Shown here: in pieces, positions 63,826 to 64,000 of the stretch | Layout: each line of letters starts with the position of its first letter | Numbering within the stretch: position 1 is the first letter of the stretch | Assembly (NCBI GenBank): GCA_964016885.1 | Contig: OZ024756.1 | Location: forward strand, 17,112,001 to 17,176,000 | DNA length: 64,000 nucleotides | Origin: Eledone cirrhosa | Lineage: Eukaryota | Reading direction: 5' to 3' | Made by a program: the position numbers and the translations under genes | Notes under the pieces: model-generated | Seen by the model: only the letters and a program-made list of their open reading frames with translations | Database searches by the model: none | Told to the model about the DNA's origin: nothing

Positions 63826-63921
63826 GACATAATACGATCGTTTCTCTGGCGACCAGCTCGAGTCACGATCGATGTGATGATCGAACCTGACTCTGAAAAT
63901 CGCAAGGTCCTCAGATACGTC
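63826..63921 (-). ncRNA. Type I hammerhead ribozyme with long structured stem II, sense to cic
   Basis: GACGTAT CTGAGGA CCTTGCGATT..GAGTCA..CGATC/GATCG..TGACTC..GGTCGCCAGA GAAA-C-GATC-G-TA TTATGTC, then AATAAA. Triplet GUA. Confidence 0.78.
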
Positions 63922-64000
63922 TTGATTCTACAAAGCAGATTTTCTTTATCTGTGATATATACATATGCTAGCGTGGAAGATATGCGTTAAATGATGATGA

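Overview
Eukaryotic, AT-rich animal genomic DNA. The dense (TA)n/(CA)n microsatellites, tRNA-derived SINEs and RTE LINEs suggest an octopus or other coleoid cephalopod; this is inference from repeat content, not a database match. The only recognisable host gene is the 3' part of a capicua (cic) orthologue on the minus strand. Nine phase-compatible GT-AG exons between 62271 and 41023 encode about 1190 aa, including the C1 domain. The HMG box lies upstream, outside the window. The rest is decayed LINEs (RTE, CR1-like), two SINE families, DNA transposon remnants (Chapaev3-like, Tc1/mariner, hAT-Charlie, piggyBac-like), six minisatellites and a 200-N gap. The main hidden signal is a dispersed set of about a dozen type I hammerhead ribozyme motifs (CUGANGA...GAAA-short stem III-NUH) in Penelope-like terminal-repeat remnants. 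Many sit in long fold-back palindromes, several of them inside cic introns. Other notable points: a lineage-specific RxxS hexapeptide array in Cic, an intronic minisatellite built of CRE and ETS-like sites, a minisatellite that multiplies a cic splice donor, an RTE LINE with a twin-priming-like 5' inversion, and a possible 28-kb 3'UTR intron.
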